Assembly: GCA_963795085.1 (NCBI GenBank)
Contig: CAWCFX010000001.1
Span: 384,001-448,000 of the forward strand
Source of the DNA: an uncultured Gemmatimonadales bacterium
Lineage (GTDB): Bacteria > Gemmatimonadota > Gemmatimonadetes > Gemmatimonadales > GWC2-71-9
Length of the DNA: 64,000 nt
Direction of reading: 5' to 3'
In this document: positions 30,741 through 40,314 of the stretch, piece after piece
Layout: every line of letters starts with the position of its first letter
Numbering within the stretch: position 1 is the stretch's first letter
Notes under the pieces: model-generated
What the model saw: the letters and a program-made list of their open reading frames with translations, nothing else
The model's database searches: none
What the model was told of the DNA's origin: nothing
Program-made: the position numbers and the translations under genes

Positions 30741-33700
30741 GTGGGCACGTGGGGAGGAGGGCAAGTGGGCAAACGGCGATGATCCTGCTTCTGGCTGCGT
30801 CCGCACTGCCGGCACAGCAGCCGGTCGTGATTGATGATTTCGAACGGCCGTCCGGATGGGTGGCGGCGCCCGCCGATGGTGTCCGGCTCGACCTCGTGCC
30901 CGATAGCGGGCGGACCGGCCAGGCCCTGCGCCTCGACTTCGATTTCCAGGGGCACGGCGGCTACGCGGTCGCACGGAAGGCCGTCTCCATCAGCTTGCCG
31001 GAGAACTACGCCTTCACCTTCTGGATCCGGGGCGAGGCGCCGGTCAACAACCTCGAGTTCAAACTGGTGGATTCCACCGGCGACAACGTGTGGTGGCGGA
31101 ACCTGCGCAATTTTACGTTCTCTCGGGAATGGCGGAAAGTCACCATCCGGAAGCGGCAGATCGATTTCGCCTGGGGGCCCCGGGGCGGCGGGGAGGCCTC
31201 CGGGATCGCCGCGATCGAGCTGGCGATTACCGCGGGGTCCGGCGGGAAGGGCAGGGTGTGGATCGATGATTTCCGGCTGGAGACCCGGCCGCCCGATCGT
31301 CCCTACAGCCGGATGCCGGCCGTCACTGCATCTTCGGCCGCGCGTGATCATCAGGCGCACCAGCTGGTGGATACCGATTCCGCGACCGGATGGACCAGCC
31401 GCGGAGCTGGCAGCCAGTGGGTCGTGCTGGATTTCCTGCAGAGCCGCGAATTCGGGGGATTGATCATCGACTGGGCGCCGGACGAGCACGCCTCGGGGTA
31501 CACGGTGGAGTTCTCGGACGACGGGCGGCGCTGGAGCCCGGCCTATCGAACGGCGTCGTCCAACGGGGGGCGGGATTATCTCTACCTGCCGGAATCGGAG
31601 ACGCGATACCTGCGGCTTCGGATGACGGCAGGGCCCGGCGCGCGATACGGGATCCGGCAGCTGGCCGTAATGCCGCTCGAATGGTCGGCATCTCCCAACG
31701 CCTTCTTCCGGGAGATCGCCCGCGATGCTCCCCGGGGTTCCTATCCCCGGTATTTTGACTCGGTCCAGACCTGGTGGACCATGGTAGGAGAGAACGGCGA
31801 CGGCCGCCGCTCGCTGCTGAGCCAGGACGGAGCGTTCGAATCGCTGGCGGGCGGCTTCTCGGTTGAACCGTTCATCTGCGTGAACGGCGGGCTGCTCACC
31901 TGGGCCGATGGATCATCGCGGCAGTCGTTGCAGGCCGGTTACCTTCCCATCCCCTCCGTCGAGCGCGTCTCCGGCGATCTCGCGCTCACCGTGACGGCAT
32001 TCTCCGCCGGCACCGGCGATACCGCCGCCGCCTATACCCGGTATCGCCTGGCCAACCAGGGAACCACTCCCGTTCACGGAACCTTGTATCTCGCGGTCCG
32101 TCCCTTCCAGGTGAATCCACCGTGGCAGTTCCTCGGCGTTCCCGGTGGCGTATCCCGCATCTCGGCCCTCGAGTGGGGACAGGGTGCGGTATCCATCAAT
32201 GGAATGCCACGGGTGCGGCCCACCGGCGGCGCGTTTGACTTTGGCGCTGTCACCTTCGCCGGCGGAGACATCATCGAGCATCTTCGAGCCGGCCGGCTCC
32301 CCTCCGCAACCATGGTGGTGGACTCGTCCGGCTATGCGTCCGCCGCCCTGTCGTGGCGCTTCGCGCTGAATCCGGGAGAGGCTGGCGAGGTTTTCCTCAC
32401 CTTCCCGCTCGCCGATCAACCCGGGCCGGAACTCCCGGCGGCGGACCCCGGCCAACTGCTGGCCGCTACCGCGGCAGGCTGGGATAGCCTCCTGGGCCGG
32501 GTGGTCATAGACCTCCCCCCCGGTGCGGCACCGGTGGAACATGCGCTCCAGACCACGCTGGCCTACATGCTGATCAACCGCGACGGCCCCGCCATCGAGC
32601 CGGGGGCCAGGAGCTACCGGCGGGCCTGGATTCGCGACGGCGCGATGATCGGGAACGCCTTTCTCCGGCTGAGCCACCCCGAGCCGGTCCGCGCATTCAT
32701 CGAGTGGTATGCTCCCTACCAGTATGAGAGCGGCAAGGTCCCCTGCTGCGTGGACAGCCGGGGCGCCGACCCGGTACCGGAGCATGACAGCCACGGCGAG
32801 TTGATCCATGTCATCGCCGAGTATTACCGCTACACCGGCGACCGGGCGTTTCTCGAGCGGATGTGGCCGCACATCGCCCGGGCCGCGGGCTACATCGACT
32901 CGCTTCGCGGCACCCGCCGCACCGCCGAATACCGGGACGGACCGAACCGGAAGTACTTCGGCCTCATGCCCCCCTCCATCAGCCACGAAGGCTATTCCGC
33001 CAAGCCGGTCCACAGCTACTGGGACGACTTCTGGGTGCTGCGTGGCCTGGCCGACGCGGTGGACATGGCGGCGGTGTTGGGGCGAAAGGACGAGCTGCCG
33101 CGGCTCCGCGCCCTGCACGCCGAGTTCCGGCACGACCTGCACCAGTCCATTCGCCGCACCATGCAGGAGGCCGGCATCTCCTACATCCCCGGCTCGGCCG
33201 ACCTGGCCGACTACGATCCCACCTCGACCACGGTCGGGCTGGAGCCGGCGGGCCAGCTGGACTCGCTGCCAGCCGAGGCGCTGCGCCACACCTTCGACCG
33301 CTACCTGCGGGAGATCCAGGCGCGGGAGGACTCCTCCGGCTGGGACGCGTACACGCCATACGAGTGGCGCAACGTGGGCGCGTTCGTACGGCTGGGAGAG
33401 CCGGATAAGGCCTGGCGGGTATTTCAGATCCTCTTCGCCGGACGCCGCCCGGCGGCGTGGAACCAGTGGCCGGAGGTGGTGTACCGCGACAGCCTGGCCC
33501 CGCGTTTCCTCGGCGATCTGCCGCACACCTGGGTGGGCAGCGACTTCGCGCGGTCGCTGCTCGACATGATCGCGTACGTGCGCCACTCCGACAGCGTGCT
33601 GGTGATCGGGGCCGGCGTGCCGGCGGAGTGGGTCACCGAAGCGCCCGGCCTCACAGTGCGCGGCCTGCCGATCGGAAGGGGAAGGCTCGATATCCGGATG

Positions 33701-33841
33701 ACGGCAGACAGTGTTGCCCTGGAGGGAAGTGTCCCGGTGCCGCCGGGTGGTATCCTGGTTCGGAAGCCGGGGACGACGGAGTTCCTGCGGGTGGGGCGAT
33801 TGCCGTTCCGGGGGGGATGGGTAGTGGGCGCGCGGCGATGA
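30737..33841 (+). CDS. Exported multidomain putative glycoside hydrolase (CBM-like, discoidin F5/8-C, (alpha/alpha)6 catalytic domain)
   Basis: VIDDFE...VWIDDFRL jelly-roll; discoidin QWVVLDF...FSDDGRRW...RYLRL; WIRDG and SISHEGY motifs; sugar-operon context. Confidence 0.75.
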   Translation: MSGHVGRRASGQTAMILLLAASALPAQQPVVIDDFERPSGWVAAPADGVRLDLVPDSGRTGQALRLDFDFQGHGGYAVARKAVSISLPENYAFTFWIRGEAPVNNLEFKLVDSTGDNVWWRNLRNFTFSREWRKVTIRKRQIDFAWGPRGGGEASGIAAIELAITAGSGGKGRVWIDDFRLETRPPDRPYSRMPAVTASSAARDHQAHQLVDTDSATGWTSRGAGSQWVVLDFLQSREFGGLIIDWAPDEHASGYTVEFSDDGRRWSPAYRTASSNGGRDYLYLPESETRYLRLRMTAGPGARYGIRQLAVMPLEWSASPNAFFREIARDAPRGSYPRYFDSVQTWWTMVGENGDGRRSLLSQDGAFESLAGGFSVEPFICVNGGLLTWADGSSRQSLQAGYLPIPSVERVSGDLALTVTAFSAGTGDTAAAYTRYRLANQGTTPVHGTLYLAVRPFQVNPPWQFLGVPGGVSRISALEWGQGAVSINGMPRVRPTGGAFDFGAVTFAGGDIIEHLRAGRLPSATMVVDSSGYASAALSWRFALNPGEAGEVFLTFPLADQPGPELPAADPGQLLAATAAGWDSLLGRVVIDLPPGAAPVEHALQTTLAYMLINRDGPAIEPGARSYRRAWIRDGAMIGNAFLRLSHPEPVRAFIEWYAPYQYESGKVPCCVDSRGADPVPEHDSHGELIHVIAEYYRYTGDRAFLERMWPHIARAAGYIDSLRGTRRTAEYRDGPNRKYFGLMPPSISHEGYSAKPVHSYWDDFWVLRGLADAVDMAAVLGRKDELPRLRALHAEFRHDLHQSIRRTMQEAGISYIPGSADLADYDPTSTTVGLEPAGQLDSLPAEALRHTFDRYLREIQAREDSSGWDAYTPYEWRNVGAFVRLGEPDKAWRVFQILFAGRRPAAWNQWPEVVYRDSLAPRFLGDLPHTWVGSDFARSLLDMIAYVRHSDSVLVIGAGVPAEWVTEAPGLTVRGLPIGRGRLDIRMTADSVALEGSVPVPPGGILVRKPGTTEFLRVGRLPFRGGWVVGARR

Positions 33842-33851
33842 ATGCAGGGCC

Positions 33852-34232
33852 GGTGTCGAGGCGCTTTAACGCAGAGGTCGCAGGACTCACAAAGAGCTCG
33901 CAGAGACAACAACCCTGATATTTCTTTCTGCGTACTCCGAGCACGCTTCGTGTGCTCTGCGTTAAGGCGCCTCGACACCATGGGGCATGGTGATGTCTGT
34001 GCCCATGGCGGGAGCCCGGGAGCCTGGGAGGTGCGTGCGGAGCCGTGAAGTGCGGGGTCGGTGTCGAGGCGCCTTAACGCCGAGTTCGCAGAACTCACTG
34101 AAAGCTCGCAGAGGACAACAACTGATGTTTCTTTCTGCGTACTCCGAGCACGCTTCGTGTGCTCTGCGTTAAAGCGCCTCGAAACCGGGAGACATGGTAA
34201 TGCCTGTGCCCAACGCGGGAAACCTGGAGTGG
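33852..34232. repeat. Two tandem ~208-bp units, each holding a ~128-bp MITE-like element with ~25-bp terminal inverted repeats (type B)
   Basis: GGTGTCGAGGCGCYTTAACGC...GCGTTAARGCGCCTCGAMACC at 33852-33979 and 34060-34186. Confidence 0.9.
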
Positions 34233-34236
34233 GCGC

Positions 34237-35604
34237 TTAAGAGCCAGGCCTCTCAGGACCCAGGGACTCTCCATTGCTCCGGATCACCTCGGCATAGAAC
34301 CGGGCGCTCGACTTGGGGGTCCTGGCCTGGGTGGCGAAGTCCACGTGGACGATGCCGAACCGCTTGGAGTAGCCCAGGCTCCATTCATAGTTGTCGAAAA
34401 GCGACCAGGCGAAGTAGCCGCGCAGGTCCACCCCCTGCTGGATGGCGGCATGGGCGGCGCGGAGATGCTCCCGGTAGTACCAGACGCGGAGGGGATCCTC
34501 GATGGCGCCGTCCAGGGTATGCGGCGGATCGTACACCGCGGTGCCGTTCTCGGTGATGTAGAGCGGAATGGCGGGATAGCGTTCCTTGACCCAGAGCAGG
34601 ACGCGGGTCAGGGACGGCGGGTGCATCTCCCAGCCGGTCTCGGTGACCGGGTGTTGCGGCTGGGGCACGTTGCTGGACCGAAGGGGCAGGGCGGTGGGGT
34701 CGTGCCGAGTGACGCCCCGGAGATAGTAGTTGACGCCGAGGAAGTCGATCGGCTGGCGGATGAGGGCGAGGTCGTCGTCGGCGTTGGCCGGCCAGGCTTC
34801 ACCGAACACTTCTTTCAGCTCGGCGGGATGGCTGCCCAGCAGGATGGGATCGAGGTACTGCCGGTTCATGTAGGCGTCGGCCCGGGCGGTGGCCGCGAGG
34901 TCCTCGGCGCTCTCGCTGGCCGGGTACTTGGGTTCCAGGTTGACCACGACGCCGACCTGGTGTTTGCCGTTGGCGCGGTACGCCTGCACCGCCGCACCAT
35001 GGGCGCGGAGCAGGTTGTGGGCGGCGATGGGCGCCTCGAACAGGTTCCGGTGTCCGGGAGCCAGGGCGCCGTGCAGGTAGCCGCCGTCGGTCACCACCCA
35101 GGGCTCGTTGAGCGTGGCCCACATGGGCACCCGGTCGTCGAGTGCCCGGTACATGGTGGCGGCGTAATCGGCGAACCAGTGCGCGATATCCGGGTTGAGC
35201 CAGCCGCCGCGGTCGTCGAGGGTGGCGGGCAGGTCCCAGTGGTAGAGGGTCGCGGAGGGGCGGATGCCGGCGGCGAGCAGTCGGTCCACCAGCCGGGAGT
35301 AGAAATCCACCCCGGCCTGGTTGACCCGGCCGGTGCCTTCAGGGAAGACCCGGCTCCAGGAGATGCTGAAGCGGTAGGCATTGAGGCCGAGGGAGCGCAT
35401 CAGTTCCACGTCGGACTCGTAGCGCCGGTAGTGGTCGCAGGCGATGTCGCCGGTCTCGCCGTTGGCGGTGCGGCCCGGCGAGTGGGAGAAGCGGTGCCAG
35501 ATGCTGGGACCCGCGCCATCGGCCAGCGGGGAACCCTCGATCTGGTACGCGGAGGTCGAGGCGCCCCAGAGAAAACCATCGGGAAATCGGATCGGCTGGC
35601 TCAT
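34237..35604 (-). CDS. GH1 beta-glucosidase
   Basis: AYQIEG, YRFSISWSR, TLNEP, ITENG, WSLFDNYEW. Confidence 0.96.
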   Translation of the reverse strand: MSQPIRFPDGFLWGASTSAYQIEGSPLADGAGPSIWHRFSHSPGRTANGETGDIACDHYRRYESDVELMRSLGLNAYRFSISWSRVFPEGTGRVNQAGVDFYSRLVDRLLAAGIRPSATLYHWDLPATLDDRGGWLNPDIAHWFADYAATMYRALDDRVPMWATLNEPWVVTDGGYLHGALAPGHRNLFEAPIAAHNLLRAHGAAVQAYRANGKHQVGVVVNLEPKYPASESAEDLAATARADAYMNRQYLDPILLGSHPAELKEVFGEAWPANADDDLALIRQPIDFLGVNYYLRGVTRHDPTALPLRSSNVPQPQHPVTETGWEMHPPSLTRVLLWVKERYPAIPLYITENGTAVYDPPHTLDGAIEDPLRVWYYREHLRAAHAAIQQGVDLRGYFAWSLFDNYEWSLGYSKRFGIVHVDFATQARTPKSSARFYAEVIRSNGESLGPERPGS

Positions 35605-35621
35605 ATGATGACGGGAATGCC

Positions 35622-36713
35622 ATGGCAAACGTGAAACTCGAGTCCGTCCGGAAGAGCTTTCTCGCCGGCGGGACGACGCGGGTGGCGGTGGACGACGTCA
35701 GCCTGGAGGTGGCGGACGGGGAGTTCTGTGTGCTGGTGGGCCCCAGCGGGTGCGGCAAGAGCACCACGCTGCGCATCATCGCGGGACTGGAGAGCGCGAC
35801 CTCGGGCCGGGTCTTGATCGGTTCGCAGGAGGTCACGACGCTGGCGGCCAAGGACCGGGACATCGCGATGGTCTTCCAGAGTTACGCGCTCTACCCGCAC
35901 ATGACGGCGTACGAGAACATGGCGTTTGCGCTCAAGCTCCGGAAAATGCCGGGGTCCGACATCGACCGGCGGGTGCGGGAGGCTGCCGACATGCTGGGCA
36001 TCGGCGAGCTGCTGGAGCGCCGCCCCCGCCAGCTGTCGGGCGGGGAGCGCCAGCGGATTGCGCTGGGGCGGGCCATCGTGCGGCAGCCCAGGGTGTTTCT
36101 CTTCGACGAGCCGCTCTCCAACCTGGATGCCAAGCTGCGCCTGGCCATGCGGCGGGAGATCGCGGCGCTGCACCAGCGGCTGGCCGCCACCATGATCTAC
36201 GTGACCCACGACCAGGTGGAGGCGATGACCCTGGGCGACCGGATCGTGGTGCTCGACAAGGGGCGGGTTCAGCAGGTAGCGTCTCCGATGGAGCTGTATG
36301 ACCGGCCCCGCAACGTCTTCGTGGCCAGCTTTATCGGCAGTCCCGCGATGAATCTAGTCCCCGGGGAATTGGTTGGCGAGGCAAATGTAACGTTTCATTC
36401 GCGCGGCAACGCGTTCTCGCTGCCGCTGGGTGGCCGGGGCGTGGGAAGCTGGGCAGGACGGGAGGTGGTGCTCGGCGTGCGCCCGGAGCATGTCCACCTG
36501 GCCCCGGCCGGAGAAGGGATCGCCGCGGTGGTGGAGCTGGCGGAGCCGCTGGGAAACGAAACCCTGCTGCACGCGCGGGCGGGAGAGCACGCGCTGACGG
36601 CCCGGCTGCCCTCGGGCCCGGTGCCGGCGGCCGGGGCGGCTCTGCGGCTCGCCATTGACGGAGACAAGGTGCATCTCTTCGACGGAAAGACGGGGGAGTC
36701 GCTGGGAGCCTGA
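35622..36713 (+). CDS. Sugar ABC transporter ATP-binding protein (MalK/UgpC family)
   Basis: GPSGCGKST, LSGGERQR, DEPLSNLDAKLR, YVTHDQ, TOBE tail. Confidence 0.96.
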   Translation: MANVKLESVRKSFLAGGTTRVAVDDVSLEVADGEFCVLVGPSGCGKSTTLRIIAGLESATSGRVLIGSQEVTTLAAKDRDIAMVFQSYALYPHMTAYENMAFALKLRKMPGSDIDRRVREAADMLGIGELLERRPRQLSGGERQRIALGRAIVRQPRVFLFDEPLSNLDAKLRLAMRREIAALHQRLAATMIYVTHDQVEAMTLGDRIVVLDKGRVQQVASPMELYDRPRNVFVASFIGSPAMNLVPGELVGEANVTFHSRGNAFSLPLGGRGVGSWAGREVVLGVRPEHVHLAPAGEGIAAVVELAEPLGNETLLHARAGEHALTARLPSGPVPAAGAALRLAIDGDKVHLFDGKTGESLGA

Positions 36714-36728
36714 ACCGCGGCTCCTCTG

Positions 36729-36759
36729 CCCCCCTACCCCCTTACCCCCTTGCCCCCTT
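36729..36759. repeat. 8-bp repeat (CCCCCTTR)n
   Basis: About four units after the ATPase stop; reverse complement recurs at 47435-47471. Confidence 0.8.
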
Positions 36760-36766
36760 TTTCCCA

Positions 36767-36848
36767 TGCGAACGCCGGGAGTCGAACCCGGACCCCTTGC
36801 GGGACAGGATCCTAAGTCCTGCGCGTCTGCCAGTTCCGCCACGCTCGC
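36767..36848 (-). tRNA. tRNA-Leu(TAG), CCA not encoded
   Basis: GCGAGCG acceptor stem, D loop TGGCAGA, CAGGA-CTTAGGA-TCCTG anticodon arm, long variable arm, GGTTCGACTCC T arm. Confidence 0.97.
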
Positions 36849-36959
36849 GAGTGATGTAGCATAACGACTTACAGCGTTTTCACGAAATCTCAGCCAGCGG
36901 CGGTGCTGGGACAAGCGCTGGGTCTAAAGGGGCCGCTAAGTACAATCCCATCATACTCC

Positions 36960-37452
36960 TGACCTGACCCCCCAAGGACAGGGCCAGTTAGACTCGGAGG
37001 ATCCTGACCGGCCGGGAGGCCAGGAGGATCCGATGAAGGCGAAGCGGAAATACACCGATGAGCAGAGCGTCGCTATTCTGCAGGAGCATCAGGGCGGGGT
37101 CACCGCGAAAGAAGTGATCCGCCGCCACGGGATCCCGCTCGACACGTTCTACCGCTGGAAACGAAAGTATCGGGGCTTGGGCACGGCCGGGCTCCAGCGG
37201 CTCAAGGGGCTCGAGGATGAGAACCGTCGGCTGAAGGGGATGGTGGCCGATCAGGCGCTGAATATTCAAGTGCTCAAAGACGCCTTGGGAAAAGAGTGGT
37301 GACGCCAGCTCAGCGGCGGGTGGTCGTCACCGAGATGTTCACCAGCCGCCGCCTCGCCGTGCGCCGCGTCTGCCGGTACCTCGGCATCCACCGCCCCTTG
37401 CTTTAACTACGAAGAACTCATTATCCGTGGTCCCGGTTTAGGGGCACTCTCA
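36960..37452 (+). mobile_element. Internally deleted IS3-family element
   Basis: TG...CA ends with weak inverted similarity; intact orfA then ~35 codons of orfB (VTPAQRR...RRVCRYLG) before a stop. Confidence 0.75.
37033..37302 (+). CDS. IS3-family transposase OrfA
   Basis: KRKYTDEQ...RRHGI...TFYRWKRKY...LKGLEDENRRLK. Confidence 0.9.
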   Translation: MKAKRKYTDEQSVAILQEHQGGVTAKEVIRRHGIPLDTFYRWKRKYRGLGTAGLQRLKGLEDENRRLKGMVADQALNIQVLKDALGKEW

Positions 37453-37739
37453 GGCAACGATGCGCCCGGCTGTTCCGTTGACCTCCCAACAAGGTGTCCC
37501 AAACCCGCTTGTGGTCGGCCAGCAAACCATCGAATCAGCGCCCCTGGCTGCTTACGGTCAGTCACCGCAAGTGCTCAAATGCGATATTGCCCGCCGCTTT
37601 CGCGACATTCGTTTCGTTCAGAATCATCGTAACTCTCATCCAATATCAGGATATTGACAAATATCTGACCGCATTGGGGATTTGCGTGCCACAGCTGCTA
37701 CTTGCGAAAGCACCAAGCGAGCGTCACACTGATCCTTAA

Positions 37740-38249
37740 GTGCAGTCAGAGAAACAGTTTGTATTTCGGTTGAGCCGGAAGTGCCAGATTGCCGAGGGAG
37801 CATCACTCGGGGGGCTGATGAGGGACTGTGCAGCGGCGCTTCAGATACTGGGTCATTGGGGAGAACATGCCGGCGTCGTGATCACATTTCTCCTCGATCA
37901 ACAGGGGAAAGTTGTAGGTATCGACGATGTCGTGTCTTCTTTGGGTTTCCAGAATCGGCACCAACTGGCACGGATTCTCAGGCGATCTGGTACGCCCCCA
38001 TTTGAGGAGCTGCGGGCCTGGATACAAGTGTTCACATGGGTCGTTGCATGGGAGGAAGCTGGGCTGACTCTGGAACGCTCTGCATACCTGGCAGAACGTG
38101 ATCCCAGATCATGTTATCGGACTGTTAGGCGAGTTACGCAGCTCTCGTGGTCAGTGCTCAGGCACCGCGGGTCAATTTGGCTACTGAACGAGATGGCTAA
38201 TGCCGGGAGCGCTACTCGTGAAATGACGCTTGTCGCGTTGCAACATTGA
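37740..38249 (+). CDS. Putative stand-alone AraC-like helix-turn-helix regulator
   Basis: Two HTH-like segments (LGFQNRHQLARILRRSG; DPRSCYRTVRRVT); precedes the island operon. Confidence 0.5.
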   Translation: MQSEKQFVFRLSRKCQIAEGASLGGLMRDCAAALQILGHWGEHAGVVITFLLDQQGKVVGIDDVVSSLGFQNRHQLARILRRSGTPPFEELRAWIQVFTWVVAWEEAGLTLERSAYLAERDPRSCYRTVRRVTQLSWSVLRHRGSIWLLNEMANAGSATREMTLVALQH

Positions 38250-38415
38250 ACCGCAGATTGTGAACGAAGACTCATAGCGCGTGCGGTCATACTCCCTGCG
38301 AAGGCGGTTACCGATCGTGGGGCGCTCTTGAAGGCCTTGAAGTACCGGCTCGGCGTTTGAGTTGGGCGTCGGAATAGGCCTCTAGAGCGTCCAGGTAACC
38401 TTCAAGGGAGGGGAT

Positions 38416-39555
38416 ATGAAGACGCGCTGGGTGGTAGCAGTGGTTGCAGCCGTATTGCTTGCCGGCTGCAATTCAGATGGGACTGGCGATGGGCTAGCTG
38501 AGGAGAGCGATCGGGAGGCTTCCGCTGTGGCAGATGTTCACAGGAAAGTCGATAAAATCGCCTGGCAGTTTGCCTTAGCCATGGAGGCGGACAGCATCAG
38601 GCTGCTCGTGCGGGATGCGATGCGCGAGTCACCCGTTTCCGAACACAAGCTGGTACTACAGGAATTCGTGCGCACTCCGAGGGGATTGCGGGTTATGGCT
38701 GTAGCGGCCAGCGCTGGTGATCAGGATCCCGAACAACTGGAAGCGGACATTGCGCACCTTCCACCACTGGATTTTTATGTGCCAGCACGTGAGCACAGAC
38801 TCTCCTGGAAGGGCACAAAGGATATTGCCGTAGGGGCAAATGTGGATGTAGAAGCGCCACTCATTGGATATACTACTGCTGGAGTGGCGGAGAACATTGA
38901 TCGCCGGGCTGCAGCAAGTAACCTTACCTTTGTCGTGCTTCAGCCGGCAGAGCATAAATCGCAGCGAGTTGCGCCGCAAGCCGCGCGACCGGGCGCTGTG
39001 ATTCAGGATCCGGATGACGGTGAGAATAGCGGCAGCCTCACCATTAGGTATCCGGACGGAACCTCGACGACCACAGAGTTTGCCGAACTCGCGCAATTTG
39101 CTCAGTGTACTCCTGAAACCTGCCCGGAAGGCGGCGGCGGTGGAGGTGGTCAACCTGGTTCAGTACCGACTTATGTGAAACGGATAGAGATCTACGAGAT
39201 GTGCGACAACGCTAACTGTTCTGAAGGAAATGAACTCCATTTTGTCGCGACGGCAACGAATGGCACTACCTATGAACTCGTCAAGGATGACCTTCATCCA
39301 CTAACGAATTACAATGTTAATCTGTGGCAACTGGGAGTATCGCCTGCAAGCGGCTTCTTTGTCGACATCCGTGTCCGTGAAACTGATGCGTGGCCGAATG
39401 GGGATGATCATTTGTCCTACGTCACGTATTCACCGAACTTTGTAGGCGATCCTCATTTGACGCTGACTGACAACGGGTTCACATGGGGGCTAAAGGAACA
39501 GCCAAACGTGGGTGCGTTTGATGAATATAAAATAGGGGTACGTTGGGGATGGTGA
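38416..39555 (+). CDS. Hypothetical two-domain lipoprotein
   Basis: GGGAGG RBS; lipobox LAGC; CTPETC plus poly-Gly linker; beta-rich C-terminal domain. Confidence 0.85.
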   Translation: MKTRWVVAVVAAVLLAGCNSDGTGDGLAEESDREASAVADVHRKVDKIAWQFALAMEADSIRLLVRDAMRESPVSEHKLVLQEFVRTPRGLRVMAVAASAGDQDPEQLEADIAHLPPLDFYVPAREHRLSWKGTKDIAVGANVDVEAPLIGYTTAGVAENIDRRAAASNLTFVVLQPAEHKSQRVAPQAARPGAVIQDPDDGENSGSLTIRYPDGTSTTTEFAELAQFAQCTPETCPEGGGGGGGQPGSVPTYVKRIEIYEMCDNANCSEGNELHFVATATNGTTYELVKDDLHPLTNYNVNLWQLGVSPASGFFVDIRVRETDAWPNGDDHLSYVTYSPNFVGDPHLTLTDNGFTWGLKEQPNVGAFDEYKIGVRWGW

Positions 39556-39582
39556 GGAAGACCTAAAGACGGGAGGGCGAGC

Positions 39583-40314
39583 GTGTCTTTGCTTGAAGCT
39601 AGCCGGCGATACATTGACGCCATACTATCGGGTCTTATGCTGCTCATGGGCACCGGCTGTAAAGGCGCGCTCGATCTTCCTCCTGGCGAGTCCAGGCCAT
39701 ACCTCCAGAGTGTACTGCAGCCGGGCGATTCCATTCAGTCAGTATGGGTGGAAGTGAGTTCGCCGGCTGAATCGTCATTTACCCCATCAATCCACCCGAT
39801 TGATCCGGCGTTGGTCAGCCTGTCGATTGTTCCATTCGCAGGACCACAAGTCCCTCTGGTGGCCGCAGCGTTGAACCCAGGAAGGTTCGATGCGACCCTG
39901 CCGGTTCAGGATGGCGAGCAGTTCAGGGTCGTGGGCACAATTGATGGAATACAGATTACAGCCAATGTCACTATCCCTGGATCATTGGTCGTAAGCGATC
40001 CCGCGACTGATACTGTTCACGTGCAAGGGGGATTATCGACGAGTCTCAGATTTCGTTGGTCATCGGCCGGTGCTTCAATCTACATCGTCGAAACCGTCGG
40101 CAACGGAGGGAGCTTACTCACCGCTGTCCGGGATACTATCGGCAGTGTTCAGATATTCCGGGTGCAGGACACGATGGCACTTGTCGTCCGGGCATACGAG
40201 GCAAATGCGAGCGAGTTTCTCTTTGTCAAAACGCCGATAAATAGAATTGCCGGCGGGTTTGGATTTATTGGTGCCGCCACTCAGGATAAGCGGTTTGTCG
40301 TTATATGGGATTAA
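39583..40314 (+). CDS. DUF4249-like lipoprotein
   Basis: Lipobox-like GTGC; PYLQSVLQPG start; C-terminal NRIAGGFGFIGA; next to a TonB receptor. Confidence 0.55.
   Translation: MSLLEASRRYIDAILSGLMLLMGTGCKGALDLPPGESRPYLQSVLQPGDSIQSVWVEVSSPAESSFTPSIHPIDPALVSLSIVPFAGPQVPLVAAALNPGRFDATLPVQDGEQFRVVGTIDGIQITANVTIPGSLVVSDPATDTVHVQGGLSTSLRFRWSSAGASIYIVETVGNGGSLLTAVRDTIGSVQIFRVQDTMALVVRAYEANASEFLFVKTPINRIAGGFGFIGAATQDKRFVVIWD

Noticed and set aside
37460..37739. Small ORFs in the island leader
   Set aside because: No RBS or motifs; AT-rich stretch with TTGACA looks like a promoter region
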